This document shows positions 48,066-59,416 of a stretch of DNA of 64,000 nucleotides, in pieces. The notes under the pieces were generated by a model. It worked only from the letters and a program-made list of their open reading frames with translations, was not told the DNA's origin and did not search any database. The stretch is taken from the NCBI GenBank assembly GCA_905331295.1, contig CAJNYD010000015.1, positions 186,001-250,000 on the forward strand, written 5' to 3'. How positions within the stretch are numbered: the stretch's first letter is position 1; each line of letters opens with the position of its first letter. A program made the translations under genes and the position numbers. The stretch is from Rotaria socialis (Eukaryota).

Positions 48066-49296
48066 TGCATAAGGAATATTCTTCTTTATATGTTTTGCGT
48101 GTACGCTTGTGAAAGGGAGAAAATATGGTTCATGTGATGCCTTGTGAAAAACCTCAGATATCAAAGAATCTCCTCTATTTTCTATTTTTAGGTCCAGGTA
48201 TTCTGCTGTGTGTCCGATGGATGCTGATAGATTAATATTGATATCAAGCTTATTCCAATAGTTCACAAGACCTGTAAGTGTATCAACATATATATTAGAC
48301 ATGATGAATAGTTCATCAATATATCTGTAGTAGAGTGAGCTTGTTCTAATAGCCCATTTCGATATTGGCCGTTCTACAAAGTACATGTATTAATTTGCTA
48401 TTGTGAGAGTGAGTGGAGAACCCATCGCTCCTCCTCTTATCTGTTTATAATATAAACCATCTAAGTAGAAATAATTGTTGGCCATGACAAATCTGGCAAG
48501 AGCTAATATAATCTCTATTTTAACGCCGTCGTTTTGTTTGATATTTGATGTTTCCATCAGTTTTCTTATGGCTTTGATTCCGCCTTCTTGAGGAATCATT
48601 GTATGTAAATCAGTCACATCCATTTTTAGAAATGATTTCGTGGATGTTAGATATCTAGATGACCAATTGTTCGATTTGTTTAACGAGTTGACTACCATTG
48701 AGAATGGTTGTCTCATTTGCTAATCGAGTAAATAGAGGTCTTAGTAGACCGTCTAACCATTTGAATATGTCTATAGTAGGTGATTTTAAACCTGCCATTA
48801 TTGGTCCTAATGGTGTCTTAGGTTTATGAGCTTTTGGCAGGAAGTACATGTGAGCTATTTCAGTCTGTTCTTTTACTACTTTTAGTCTTTCATACTGCTT
48901 CTGCGTAATATGTTTATTTCTCCACAAACCATATAAGAAATCGTTTGTTTTATTGACTAGAGATTTAAGTGGGTTGTTTGTACCCAAATCTTGATGCGCT
49001 TGAGTCTGATTCATATATGCTCGAGCTTTTACCTTATAATCATCTAGTTATCCTGGATGGAAAACTTAGGATTTATCTGTTTTTCTTATGATTGTTTTTT
49101 GTTGTGTCGATTTTATTTCTTAAGATGTTTAAATGTTTTAATTCTTCTGATGGAGGGTGTTTATCGTGACAATCGGTCAGGATCTTTCCGACGGAATCTT
49201 TGAAAATCTGTAACCGTTGATTCGGTAGTACCCATCCATGTTCAACGAACCTTCTATTGATTTTCTTAATGACCAACTCTATCTCATTATTCATAC
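48066..49296 (-). mobile_element. Penelope-like (Athena-type) reverse transcriptase, 5'-truncated and decayed
   Basis: YFLPKAHKPKTPLGPI, MDVTDLHTMIPQ, YKQIRGGAMGSPLTLTIAN, YRYIDELF (YxDD altered), YLDL and EPYFLPFTSVH, with several frameshifts and stops. Confidence 0.9.
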
Positions 49297-49885
49297 TCCT
49301 TTTGTAAAGGAATGAAAGATTTTTCGACCCGTTTTCATAAATTATGGCACGATTGTTTTTCAGATACAAGTATCACTAACATAACACCAATTGTCGGTTC
49401 TAAAAGACTGCATAATCTACACATGATTACTTAGTTAAAAAGAAACAAGATCATCTTATGTTCACAGTGAAAACACCGTCCCCAATAACAACACCAACAG
49501 CCACGAACATCTCAATTGGCAACAACCACAAAATTTTCAATGTTCCTTCTGGCGAAATTGTACCTGTGTTGGCAACAAGCTGGCAGCAGTAACAAAGTAT
49601 GAACGAATATGAACTAAATGCAATTTTTTCATCGTTCTAAAATAAAAAACATTTTTTACTTCTACCATCTACGAGGTCCCTCAGATCCGTAGAATTCTTT
49701 TTCTTTTTTGTTGTTGTAATAATATTTTTTGTAAAAGTTTTTTCAATGTAGTTTCTGACGAAGTCAAGTTTCAACTTGACAAAAACCGGTCAATAAACTC
49801 TACCAAAACGAAAAAAAATTTTAACTATTTATCTTCAATCTCCAGAGAGTGTTCAAGAAAAAGATAGGTTTTCTTTGAATAAGAA
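49297..49885 (+). repeat. Second copy of the PLE 3' end (pLTR-like), inverted relative to the adjacent RT
   Basis: ~589-bp near-identical repeat of 46714-47302, followed by TAAACCAAC and (TA)n. Confidence 0.9.
49748..49803 (+). ncRNA. Second copy of the degenerate hammerhead-like motif
   Basis: CTGACGA at 49755-49761 with the same stem II and ACCGGTC. Confidence 0.6.
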
Positions 49886-49987
49886 TAAACCAACTATTCT
49901 CATATATATATATATATATGCGTAAGTCATTTCATCATCGTCTGACAATAAAAAGGCAACGCATGGGCTACTCAACAATCTGAATCG

Positions 49988-51850
49988 ATGTCGACATCAT
50001 ATTTATATGGATTGCCTATCAAACTTACACAGCGAATTATTGATTATATCGACACAGAAACATTATCTTTTTCTTTACAAAATGTTTGCAAACATTTCCA
50101 TGGCATTGTTAATACTTATAATCAACATCAACTCGATTTTCGTTCAATAACAAAACCAAAGTTCGATTTTATTCATCGACTTAATAATCCTGAAAACATT
50201 ATTTCTCTTGTTATATCTGACGGACATAGAACAGGTGGTCAAATCAAATTATTTCTTTCATTAGTTGATCTACGCACATTCACTCGACTCCGCTCACTAG
50301 CTCTTATTGAAGTTACATTGTCCGCCTCGATTGAATATCTACAGCATGTTATTACACATACTCTTGACTCACTTTCTATTGATTATGCGAATCGACCCGA
50401 TTTAACAAATAATTTGGTTTCATTAAGTTTGAAAAGGCTTACCAATCTTCGAAAACTTAATATAAATACGACTTCATTAATCCTTGATAACATTCAATCT
50501 CCAATACAACATATGAAATTAAGCCAGTGTATAATAAACACACAAATGTATAATATTCTTCTCAATTTTCCCCACTTAGAAACATTGTCATTAAATCATG
50601 TTTCTCTACCTAATATCGATGAAAATTTGACTGCTATTATGAACGTAAAGTCAAAACTAAAATGCTTGTCCATTGAGGGCTGTGGTGTGCACATGAATAT
50701 GGTCGCATCAGTTCTGGTATTGACACCATCACTAGTCCATCTTAAGTTAGTCTCATGGTCACTTATGCCTGAGCGTTTCTGGGATGGTAATTAGTGGTCA
50801 GAATTTTTTGAAATGAATCTGATGCAACTTAAAATATTTGAGTTCTTCTTTGAAAAGCAGATAAGTTATAACATAGACGTTAGTCAGGACATTGAATCCA
50901 TCATAAATTCATTCCGAACACCATTCTGGCTAAGAAAACAATGGCATGTTGCATGCAATTATTATAAAAATATACAGAGACTGGAATTATATTCCATACC
51001 AATATGCAAATCAACTATTTCATACCAATCTACACGGACGAAAATTTCTTCTTCAAATTTAAAAATTCCTGCACTGCAGATCATGGATAATATACATTCA
51101 TTGTACCTGCCTGTAATTCCATCAACAGCTGAACTCTATGATAATGTAATTATAATTCCTGAATTTTTATCCGTAACGAATCTGCACATACTTATGTTTA
51201 ATCTGAATAGTTTTCTAGAATGAAAAAAACTTCTTTTTCTCATTAAGAATTTGTGAAAGTTTACATCACTATAACCCTAAAACGCCCTTTTATTTTAAAT
51301 ACAGTTCTAGCTGTTTTTTAACTGCTTTTCTTTTATTTAGAATTTACTACTAAATCGTCCCTTATTCTCAAGAGTAAAGAAACCTAAACTATTGATAAAC
51401 AATAATTTTTCAAATGATTCAATCGACTATCTATCGAGACTTATCGATTTATCACATCTTTATTCACTTTCGTTAACATTAGACTTAAATGAAGAATCCT
51501 TTCAGAATATTACTATCGCTATCAATAATCTATTAAATCAAGTCTGCAATGTCGAATCACTTAAATTATGTACTACACGACCTATTTATTTTACTGAATA
51601 TTTTCGAACTGTTTGTTCGATGATGTCTAATCAAGTGAAGCATCTTACACTCTATGTAGATAACATCGATGAACTGAAATTTATTATCGCTCAATTTGAA
51701 AACTTGTCAAGTATCACATTTTGTTCACACTTGAAGCGACACTTAGAGGTCGATGATGTAATAGAAGAAATGAAAAAACAAGGGAGAGATTTCCTTTTTC
51801 ACAGAAGTGCTTCGTATCAAAGCATTTGGTTTGGTAGATTAAAAAAATAA
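49988..51850 (+). pseudogene. F-box/LRR-like gene with an in-frame stop
   Basis: F-box-like LYGLPIKLTQRIIDYID and LRR-like segments. WDGN*WSEFF has TAG at 50792-50794, after which the same frame continues (SFRTPFWL..WHVAC). The last exon is ~51341-51850. Confidence 0.7.
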
Positions 51851-53795
51851 GTCATCAAAATCTTGCTAAACATTCAACTTATGTTACTTTATTTCTCAAC
51901 GATCATATTTACCATCTCATTTTATATTCGAGATTATTTTTGATATTTGAACAAAACACTTGTTACCCATCTTCTGTCTTTTCAATGGGTTTCACTTCAC
52001 ATTGTGGGCATGTCTCAATTCCCGATGTTCAAATTATTTTCTTTTCAAACATTGTTTTCTTATAGAATAAAGATAAACAATAACTATAAATGGATATACA
52101 GACAAAATAACATTATCGATTGTGAAGTCACAATTAATTCTTTTGGATGCAACATTATGTATTGTATGCAATACTATTGATGATTTTCAAGCGCTTTGCA
52201 AAAGAATTTGCAATAAATACATTCTACGTATAATTCAAGGTCTTAGTCATAACTAATCCATAATAAAGTCACGGATCCTTCACAGAAATATCTCGAGTTG
52301 TCAGGATTTGTGGCAATTCCTGAGTCTTCCTATGCAAAAAAGAAAAGCAATGTAAATTGTAATGGAGTTAGAAATATTAAAGTCAAATATTTGAATAGCA
52401 AATAATAGCCGAGAATAATAGTTGGTTAGTTCTTTTCCATGACAGTCAATAAATTCAATTTATTCTACTTTCTCAGCGTACATGAACAGAACGAGCTAAA
52501 CAATTTTCCAATAAGAATTAAAACTAGAATAGGCTATTGAAAAACTTCTAGAAATATAATTTTCATACATAGAGATAGACAATAGTTTTGGCTATGATTC
52601 ACTGATGGGTCAGGGGTGTGATACCATCATGCAAAATTTTGAAGATCTTTGTTTCTTCTTTTCAGCATAGCTTAATTCGTTTGTATTGTCTGACGTGAAG
52701 CATTTCACTACTGTTAGCTAGTAATGGAAAACGTTTTGTTTTGTTTTAGAATAATATCATGTATGATGATTTAGAAACAATTAGCCTAGATTTGCTTTTC
52801 TTCAAAGATGATTCCAATGATGCTCATTCATTGTACTATATGAAGAGACAATGTAGGTGTGACATAAAGTTCGAATATTCCTTTTCTTTTCTAAGTGCTT
52901 CTACCATCGTAATATGTTCATTTATTTAAATCCAGGCTTTTTCAGCTTTGAGATTCGTACTTGTAAGGCACTGTAATCATGTTTTTAAACATTGGACTGC
53001 AGAATTGGAAATTCAATGATGAAACGAATATTATACGATGCCAATTATTGTTAATCCTTTTTCATTTTTCTTTCTCTCGTATTCAAGTTACTTAATCAAG
53101 GATGCTTGAATCCGTAAAGAATATTTCTAGTCCTTTTTATTATCAATATTCATAGCACCTCAATCAAAGTTTTATTTTGATTTTCGAGTGTCTTACATAA
53201 AAGTTCGCAGAAACGAAAAGCGTAAGCGAATATCAAGGTTTAGTTGAAAGGATTTATCGTGCATCAATGATAATTATTGAAAAACGTATACTATCAATAT
53301 AAAAAAAACTGAAACAAATAGGATAGAAAAGTATGCCAAATTTTGTGTTGTCAATTGTATTTGAAACGTCAAATATGCAAAAGAAAAAGAATTACAAAAC
53401 GACTAAAATCTTTTCGTTTCAGTGTTTGTCTAGCCATAAAATATGATTTGATTTAGTAAGCGAAATTTACAGAAAAATATCGAAAAAATATATATCACCT
53501 GTGGAGTTGTGTACATGTTAATCGGAATTAATTTTTATCTTTTCCATTACATAAGATCAACCAATATAGTCGAAATCATCGATGGGCACATATTTATTTT
53601 CGTTCTTAACACACCCACATCCACAACCTAGTATCACGGGAAACAACTACAGAAGCCGCGTGATTCTAGTTGAGATACCTTTCATTTACTGTTTTATCTT
53701 ATTAATAAAGCCGCACCTGTTTCATTCCTCTCTCTCTCTCTCTTTATAAGTATATATTCTACAGTCTTCAATTTAAATCATCATATTCTACTACA

Positions 53796-56694
53796 ATGAT
53801 GCTCTGGTTAAGTCCTTTATGCATCGTTGTATTTATCTCTTTAAATAGCATTATCTATGCATGTGATAAAGATCCAAATGAAGGCGCGTCAGTTGTAGCT
53901 GCTGGCTCATTTCTTGCAGCTAGTAGTGACCAAGGTGTCAATTGGTCACCAACAGAAACCAAAGGTCAAATGAAATTCAACCAAGGAACTTGTCGATATG
54001 AGAAAATCGTCCAAGGATTACCAGTCAATACAAACTATGAATGGAAAGTTGCGTTTAATGGTAACTGGGGTGGCGACAAAGGATGTGTTGGTGGTACTAA
54101 TTGTCAATTTAACAGCGGTTCTTCTGGCGTTGTTCTTCTAATCTATAATTCATATAGTGGACAATTGACGACAAGTCCTCTCACTAGCGGTGAAACTACA
54201 ACTCCTGGTGCGTCAACATCTACAGCAGTACCGACGTGTTCGAATCCATTGAATGGTCGAATAGTTCGAGCAGCAGGTGATTTTCAAATAGAATTAGGTA
54301 GCTCAGCTCTATGGCTTGCTACGGAAGCTAACACGTTAATGACATTGGATTCAGCATCTTGCCTTTATTTACTTGTTCTTTCTGGTTTAACACCAAACAA
54401 AGCATATGAATGGAAAGTCACTTTTGATAATTCATGGGCAGGCAGTATTGGTTGTAATAATGGTGGTAACTGTAAATTTTCTACAGGTGCAGCTGGTACA
54501 GTTGAGCTTGTATTTAATCCTAATACAAAAGCATTATCATTTCGTCCTCTGACTACTGTTTGTGGTAATGGAGAATGTGAATTAGGTGAAACATGTCGAA
54601 CATGTTTAACTGATTGTGGTGTATGTCCACCAGCTGTTTGTGGCGATGGAAAATGTGAAGATGCTGAAACATGTGATTCGTGTTCAAGTGATTGTGGCAA
54701 TTGTCCAGTATGTGGCGATGGAACATGTCAACCTAATGAAACATATCAAACATGTCCAGGCGATTGTCCTAATGAACTACCAGGATGTGGAGTATTTAGA
54801 GAAGAAAGTTGTGAAGGTGGCTCTCAATTTCATGCAAATGCAGGTGTAGAAGCAAAACGTTGGCAAACACCGAAACCTGGCACAAAAGATTATCAATCAT
54901 CATATCAAGATTATCATACACTTGTTGGTTATGCTGATATCATTTATACTGGTTCTGATCGTAGTGCAGCTGATGTTTGTCTTGAAACAAAACATCGTTA
55001 TGCTAGTACAGTTACATTAACTTATTATTTTGATAATACTGCTCAATCTAATAAATGTAAACGTTTTACAAGCGGCTATACTGACATATTAAAGGCCGTA
55101 GTTGTTGGAAGTGATGGATCAACATTAGAATTACCAGATATTGATTTCGTTTGGAATGCACGGCCGATTGCTAGTCGATCAGGTGATTATCGTAATGGAC
55201 AAAAAGGTGGTGTTGCAGAAATGTTTGGATGGCCTCATAAAGATGTTAAAGAAGAATGTGAATTTCTTGCTAAAGCTGGCTATTTAGGTGTAAAACTTTT
55301 TCCAGTCCACGAACAATTAATGTCAACACAACCATTTGAGGATGCCATGAATCCATGGTATTTTATGTAAGTAATTAACATTTTAATTATTTGATCTACT
55401 TTAAGACGAATCGATTGTTTTGAGGTATCAACCAGTATCCTACAAGTTAGATGGTCGAATGGGTACACGGGAAGAATTACGTGAGCTAATTAATACATGT
55501 CGTGGATATGGTGTCCGAGTCTATATTGATGCAGTTCTCAATCATTTCACTGGTGCTGGTAATGATATGAATCAACATCGAAATCCTAATGGTTGCGTAA
55601 AATGGGGTAATAAAACAAGCAGTGCGCCAGTTGAACGACAATCACCCTTCTATACACACGCATACACTTATCAATATAATCCAAATACAGGCAAAGCTCC
55701 ATCTAATGAATTTCCTGGTGCTACGATTGGTCCTGAAGATTTTCATTGTGATCGTGTACTTGGTTCGTGGTCGGATTTATTTATTATGAATAATGGCTGG
55801 CTTGTTGGCCTTAGTGATCTTGATACATCGAAAGATAATGTTCGTGAACGTCAAGCCGCATATCTTGTTGACATGTTGAGCATAGGTGCTAGTGGTTTTC
55901 GTATTGATGCAGCTAAACATATGTCACCTGAAGATATTTCTGCAATAATGAAAAAAGTTCAAAAGAAAATGGGTGGAAAATTGCCAGATGATTTCTTTGT
56001 TTGGCTCGAAGTTCTCACAGGTGGAGAAGCTGGCGTTATATGGCAAGGACCTTCATGGTATGGTACTATGTTCGAAAATATTCTTAAGAATGATCTTGGC
56101 TCAGATTCTGAAGTCAATAAAATTAAGGTAAAAATCTTCTTTAAACCATCTTCATTTGAGCTGATCATTTTTTTCAAAAATAATAATTAGATGTGGGATG
56201 GTCTCTATCCAAAAGAACCGTTCAATAATCCAACAGTATCACGTCATCGTGTCGTCATTCAAAATGATGATCATGATCAACAGAATCCAGGTTCAAGCAG
56301 TCGTGATATGGCCGGTGCTGGTTGTGTCCTTGTTAAAAATTGTCCTGCATCTGATCATCGTAATTTTGAAATTCGTCTTTTTGCAAATCCAAATGGTGCA
56401 CAGAATAACGATAACGATTGGCCTATTCGATTTATTCTGTCGTCTTATTATCATACTCATGGTGTTCTTGGTATTCCTGATGGAAAATCATTATGTGATC
56501 TATGTACTGTCACATGTGCATCATGTCGTAATTCTGTGCCATATATAAAAGCTCATGAGCCAATGGCTTGTGCATATGCTGGTAGTGGTTACACACACAC
56601 ACATCGTGATATAGCTGTTATAAATGCAATGCGTTCATGGATGCATTTAGCACCGGTATCAGGAGCATCGTTGGGTATTGGACATTGTGGATAA
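53796..56694 (+). CDS. Secreted multidomain GH13 alpha-amylase, 3 exons
   Basis: Signal peptide, two YEWKV-x-F-xx-W repeat modules and three CG[ND]GxC Cys repeats. The catalytic domain has EMFGW, YQPVSY, DAVLNH, GFRIDAAKH, WLEV and NDDHD. Introns are 55367-55424 and 56128-56190. Confidence 0.93.
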
Positions 56695-57459
56695 ATATCG
56701 AAAGATTATAAATCCTATCTCATCGTTTTTTTTGTGTTTCGCTACTTATTAAAGTTACTTTAATAAAAATCTAGAAAAAAACGCAATCTGTTAAACGGAT
56801 TTGATATCGGTAAATATTCATTTGTTTTTACTTGAAAATAAATCATCCAATGTCTTGAAATTTATTGAGTCAATACAGAAGCAGAAACAACGACGTTAAT
56901 CACAATTTTCTTTTTGACAAATGAGAAAACGATTTCACAACAATGGCTCATAAATCTACTTTAAGTACAGTTATTTTTTAAACAAGAGTTGATTCCGTCT
57001 ACCCTTTTTTTGTTTTGAAAAGAAATAAGATCACAATGAAAGCGTATGTTAGTTTACATTGCGGATTAGACAAGTGAAGAAAATATCAAATTGATTTCAT
57101 TCTATTGTATTTAATCCTTATATTTTGAGAAATCTCAAAAGAAAATATTAACCAACTCAATAGTAATGATGAGTGATCATCAATGAACAGACAAAATTTT
57201 TATTCTACTTTTCCATTGGTTGGCAAGAACTCTTATGGTACTACACGGATCGACATATCATGACTCATGTCAAAAGTAGTCATTTTGGCATGCCGTCAAA
57301 TGTCTCATCGGTCTTTTTCTTTCTTCATATCTTCTTCAAATAAAACATACTTATTTATAGTTCAGTTACATATGCAAAATAAAAAAAATAACGAGAAGAC
57401 TACGCATTGTGTTTATACTTGTTATTCTATTATTTTAAATTTTCTTTTTTTTTTTCAAG

Positions 57460-59280
57460 ATGTTTACAATTAATCATTGGTTTCATCGAAATCCGTTAAA
57501 ATCAACGGCTCTCGTGTCGTTCGATCAACGGACATCGCCATCAAGTACCGATGCTATGCAAATTTGCCAGTAATATTTTAAAATAAATTCATAAAATAAA
57601 ATAACTTTTACTTTTTTTTCTCAAGTCAACTCCGTCAATTGCGTCTTGATATTTTACAATTACTATGTAATCCAACACTTGAAACGTCTCATATCCGAGA
57701 CTCATTTGACAAATATATATCGTTATTAACCGGTTATGTAGAATCACCAGATGGTAGCAGTGATGATTCGAAATTACGTTATACAACGAAATTCTATTGG
57801 AGTGATTCATTAACAAAAACCGATCCTATAACGTACGAGTAAAACCTATCATCAAAGTAAATAGACTTTCTTTTTTTATTTTAGTGATGTTCAAGATGCA
57901 CAATTTGAAATATGTTGTATGACATTGAATGTCGCTATGTGGTATACAAAACATGCTGCATATGTTGCATCAAAAAGTAGCACGTAAGTATTGATAAATA
58001 AAATGATCTCATCGTTTAACTTCAAATTATGTTTGTTTTTTCGTAGGCCAAGTGATAAGGATGCACTCGATGTACATAAATCACTTCGCATGGCAGCTGG
58101 AATGTTTAAACATGTTATGGTTTGTTTCCTATTTGTTTTTTTTTTTATATTGAAATAGTTTTTGTAATGTAAAAATAGGATGTTGAAATTCGAAAATTAA
58201 ATGAAGTTAAATTACCACCTTGTTCGGATATTAATGAAAAAATTATTGCCGCTTATTATTTTAGTTGTATGGGAGAATTTCATGAAAGTTAGATTTCTAT
58301 TTGATATTGAAGGAAATTGTGAACAAAATGATTTTAATTATTTTTCTGTAGTTACGGCAGCACGAGCAATGAATGCAAAACAAGATAATATCTTGATTTC
58401 AAGCATTAGTAACCAAATTTCACAATATTTTGAAATGGGAGGTAACTGAAAACCGAAAAAATTCTACGGTAAATTTTAAGAAAACAAGTATTTTCAGGTC
58501 AACAACTATCAACATTAGATGAGAAAATTGTTGGGCAATGGCGTATGTATTTTGGTCTTAAGTCAAAATTTTATTTAGCTGAAGTATGATATTATTCAAC
58601 GTTTCATTCTATAATATATTGCTTTTTTTCAGGCACGCGCATATCAAGCATTAGATTTTCTCAAGAAAAATGATGCACCGAATGCTTTGAAATCTGCTGA
58701 AGAAGCAAGCAAAGGTAAACAATTGGCAGTTATATATCTTTTCAATACGATTAGTCAATCTATTGTTTAGTTCAACAGCAAGCAGCTAGTTTTTGTGAGC
58801 AATATTCTAAAACAAAAGGGGCTGGATCACCACAACGACATCCGTTTTTTCTTCAACTCGATTCAATGATTCGTCGTGTTCAATCAACAGTTGAATTTGA
58901 GAATAATATTATGTAGGTTTTCTTCTCTTGTTGATTAAATTCTATTGTTTTGTCTATTTATTTTTTCAGCCATCATAAACGAGCTGCAACTGATTTACAA
59001 CCACTTGAAAATCCAGTTCATGGCATTTTACCAGCTGAAGAATATATTCCAGCTAAATTAAATAGTTTATTTTCTGCGAATACTTACCGAGCATTTGATA
59101 TTGGTCGAAATGTGGGCAAAGTAAAATAACACAAAAATTTTATTTAAATACTTCTAATACCTTCTATTTTGTTTCTAGCAATATAAAGAAGATAAACATG
59201 CACGTGAAGTAAAAGAAGCTCGTGAAATGCCCATACCGCAAGGAATGCCACCGTCCGAAAGTGCATGTATTATTGCTTGA
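57460..59280 (+). CDS. BROX: BRO1 domain and CAAX motif-containing protein, multi-exon
   Basis: N-terminal HWFHRNPLKST, DSKLRYTTKFYWSDSL, VAMWYTKHAA, HKSLRMAAGMF and a C-terminal CaaX (CIIA*). Confidence 0.92.
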
Positions 59281-59416
59281 GTTGATTTCCTGATGTACAA
59301 TTGTTTGTCTTCTATTCATTTCACTTTATTATATTAAACATTTTATGCGTATTGAATATTTAAAAAAACCTAACAATAAGAAAAAAAACAAATTTACAGA
59401 TTTTGCTTTTTCTTTT

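Noticed and set aside
49297..49369. N-terminus of ORF 49073-49369 as the RT start
   Set aside because: This part is the antisense of the inverted 3' repeat; true RT sequence begins near 49296.
46714..49885. Direct repeats interpreted as LTRs of an LTR retrotransposon
   Set aside because: There are no TG...CA ends, PBS, gag or integrase. The repeat is the PLE's own RT C-terminus plus 3' UTR.
53608..53628. CACACCCACATCCACAACC resembling telomeric repeats
   Set aside because: Only one or two imperfect units, not adjacent to the Athena-like element.
54365..54849. Overlapping alternative-frame and antisense ORFs
   Set aside because: Shadows of the amylase coding sequence.
53796..56694. Bacterial contamination as the source of the amylase
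   Set aside because: It has two GT-AG introns and host-like AT-rich codons, and it is contiguous with BROX without a gap.
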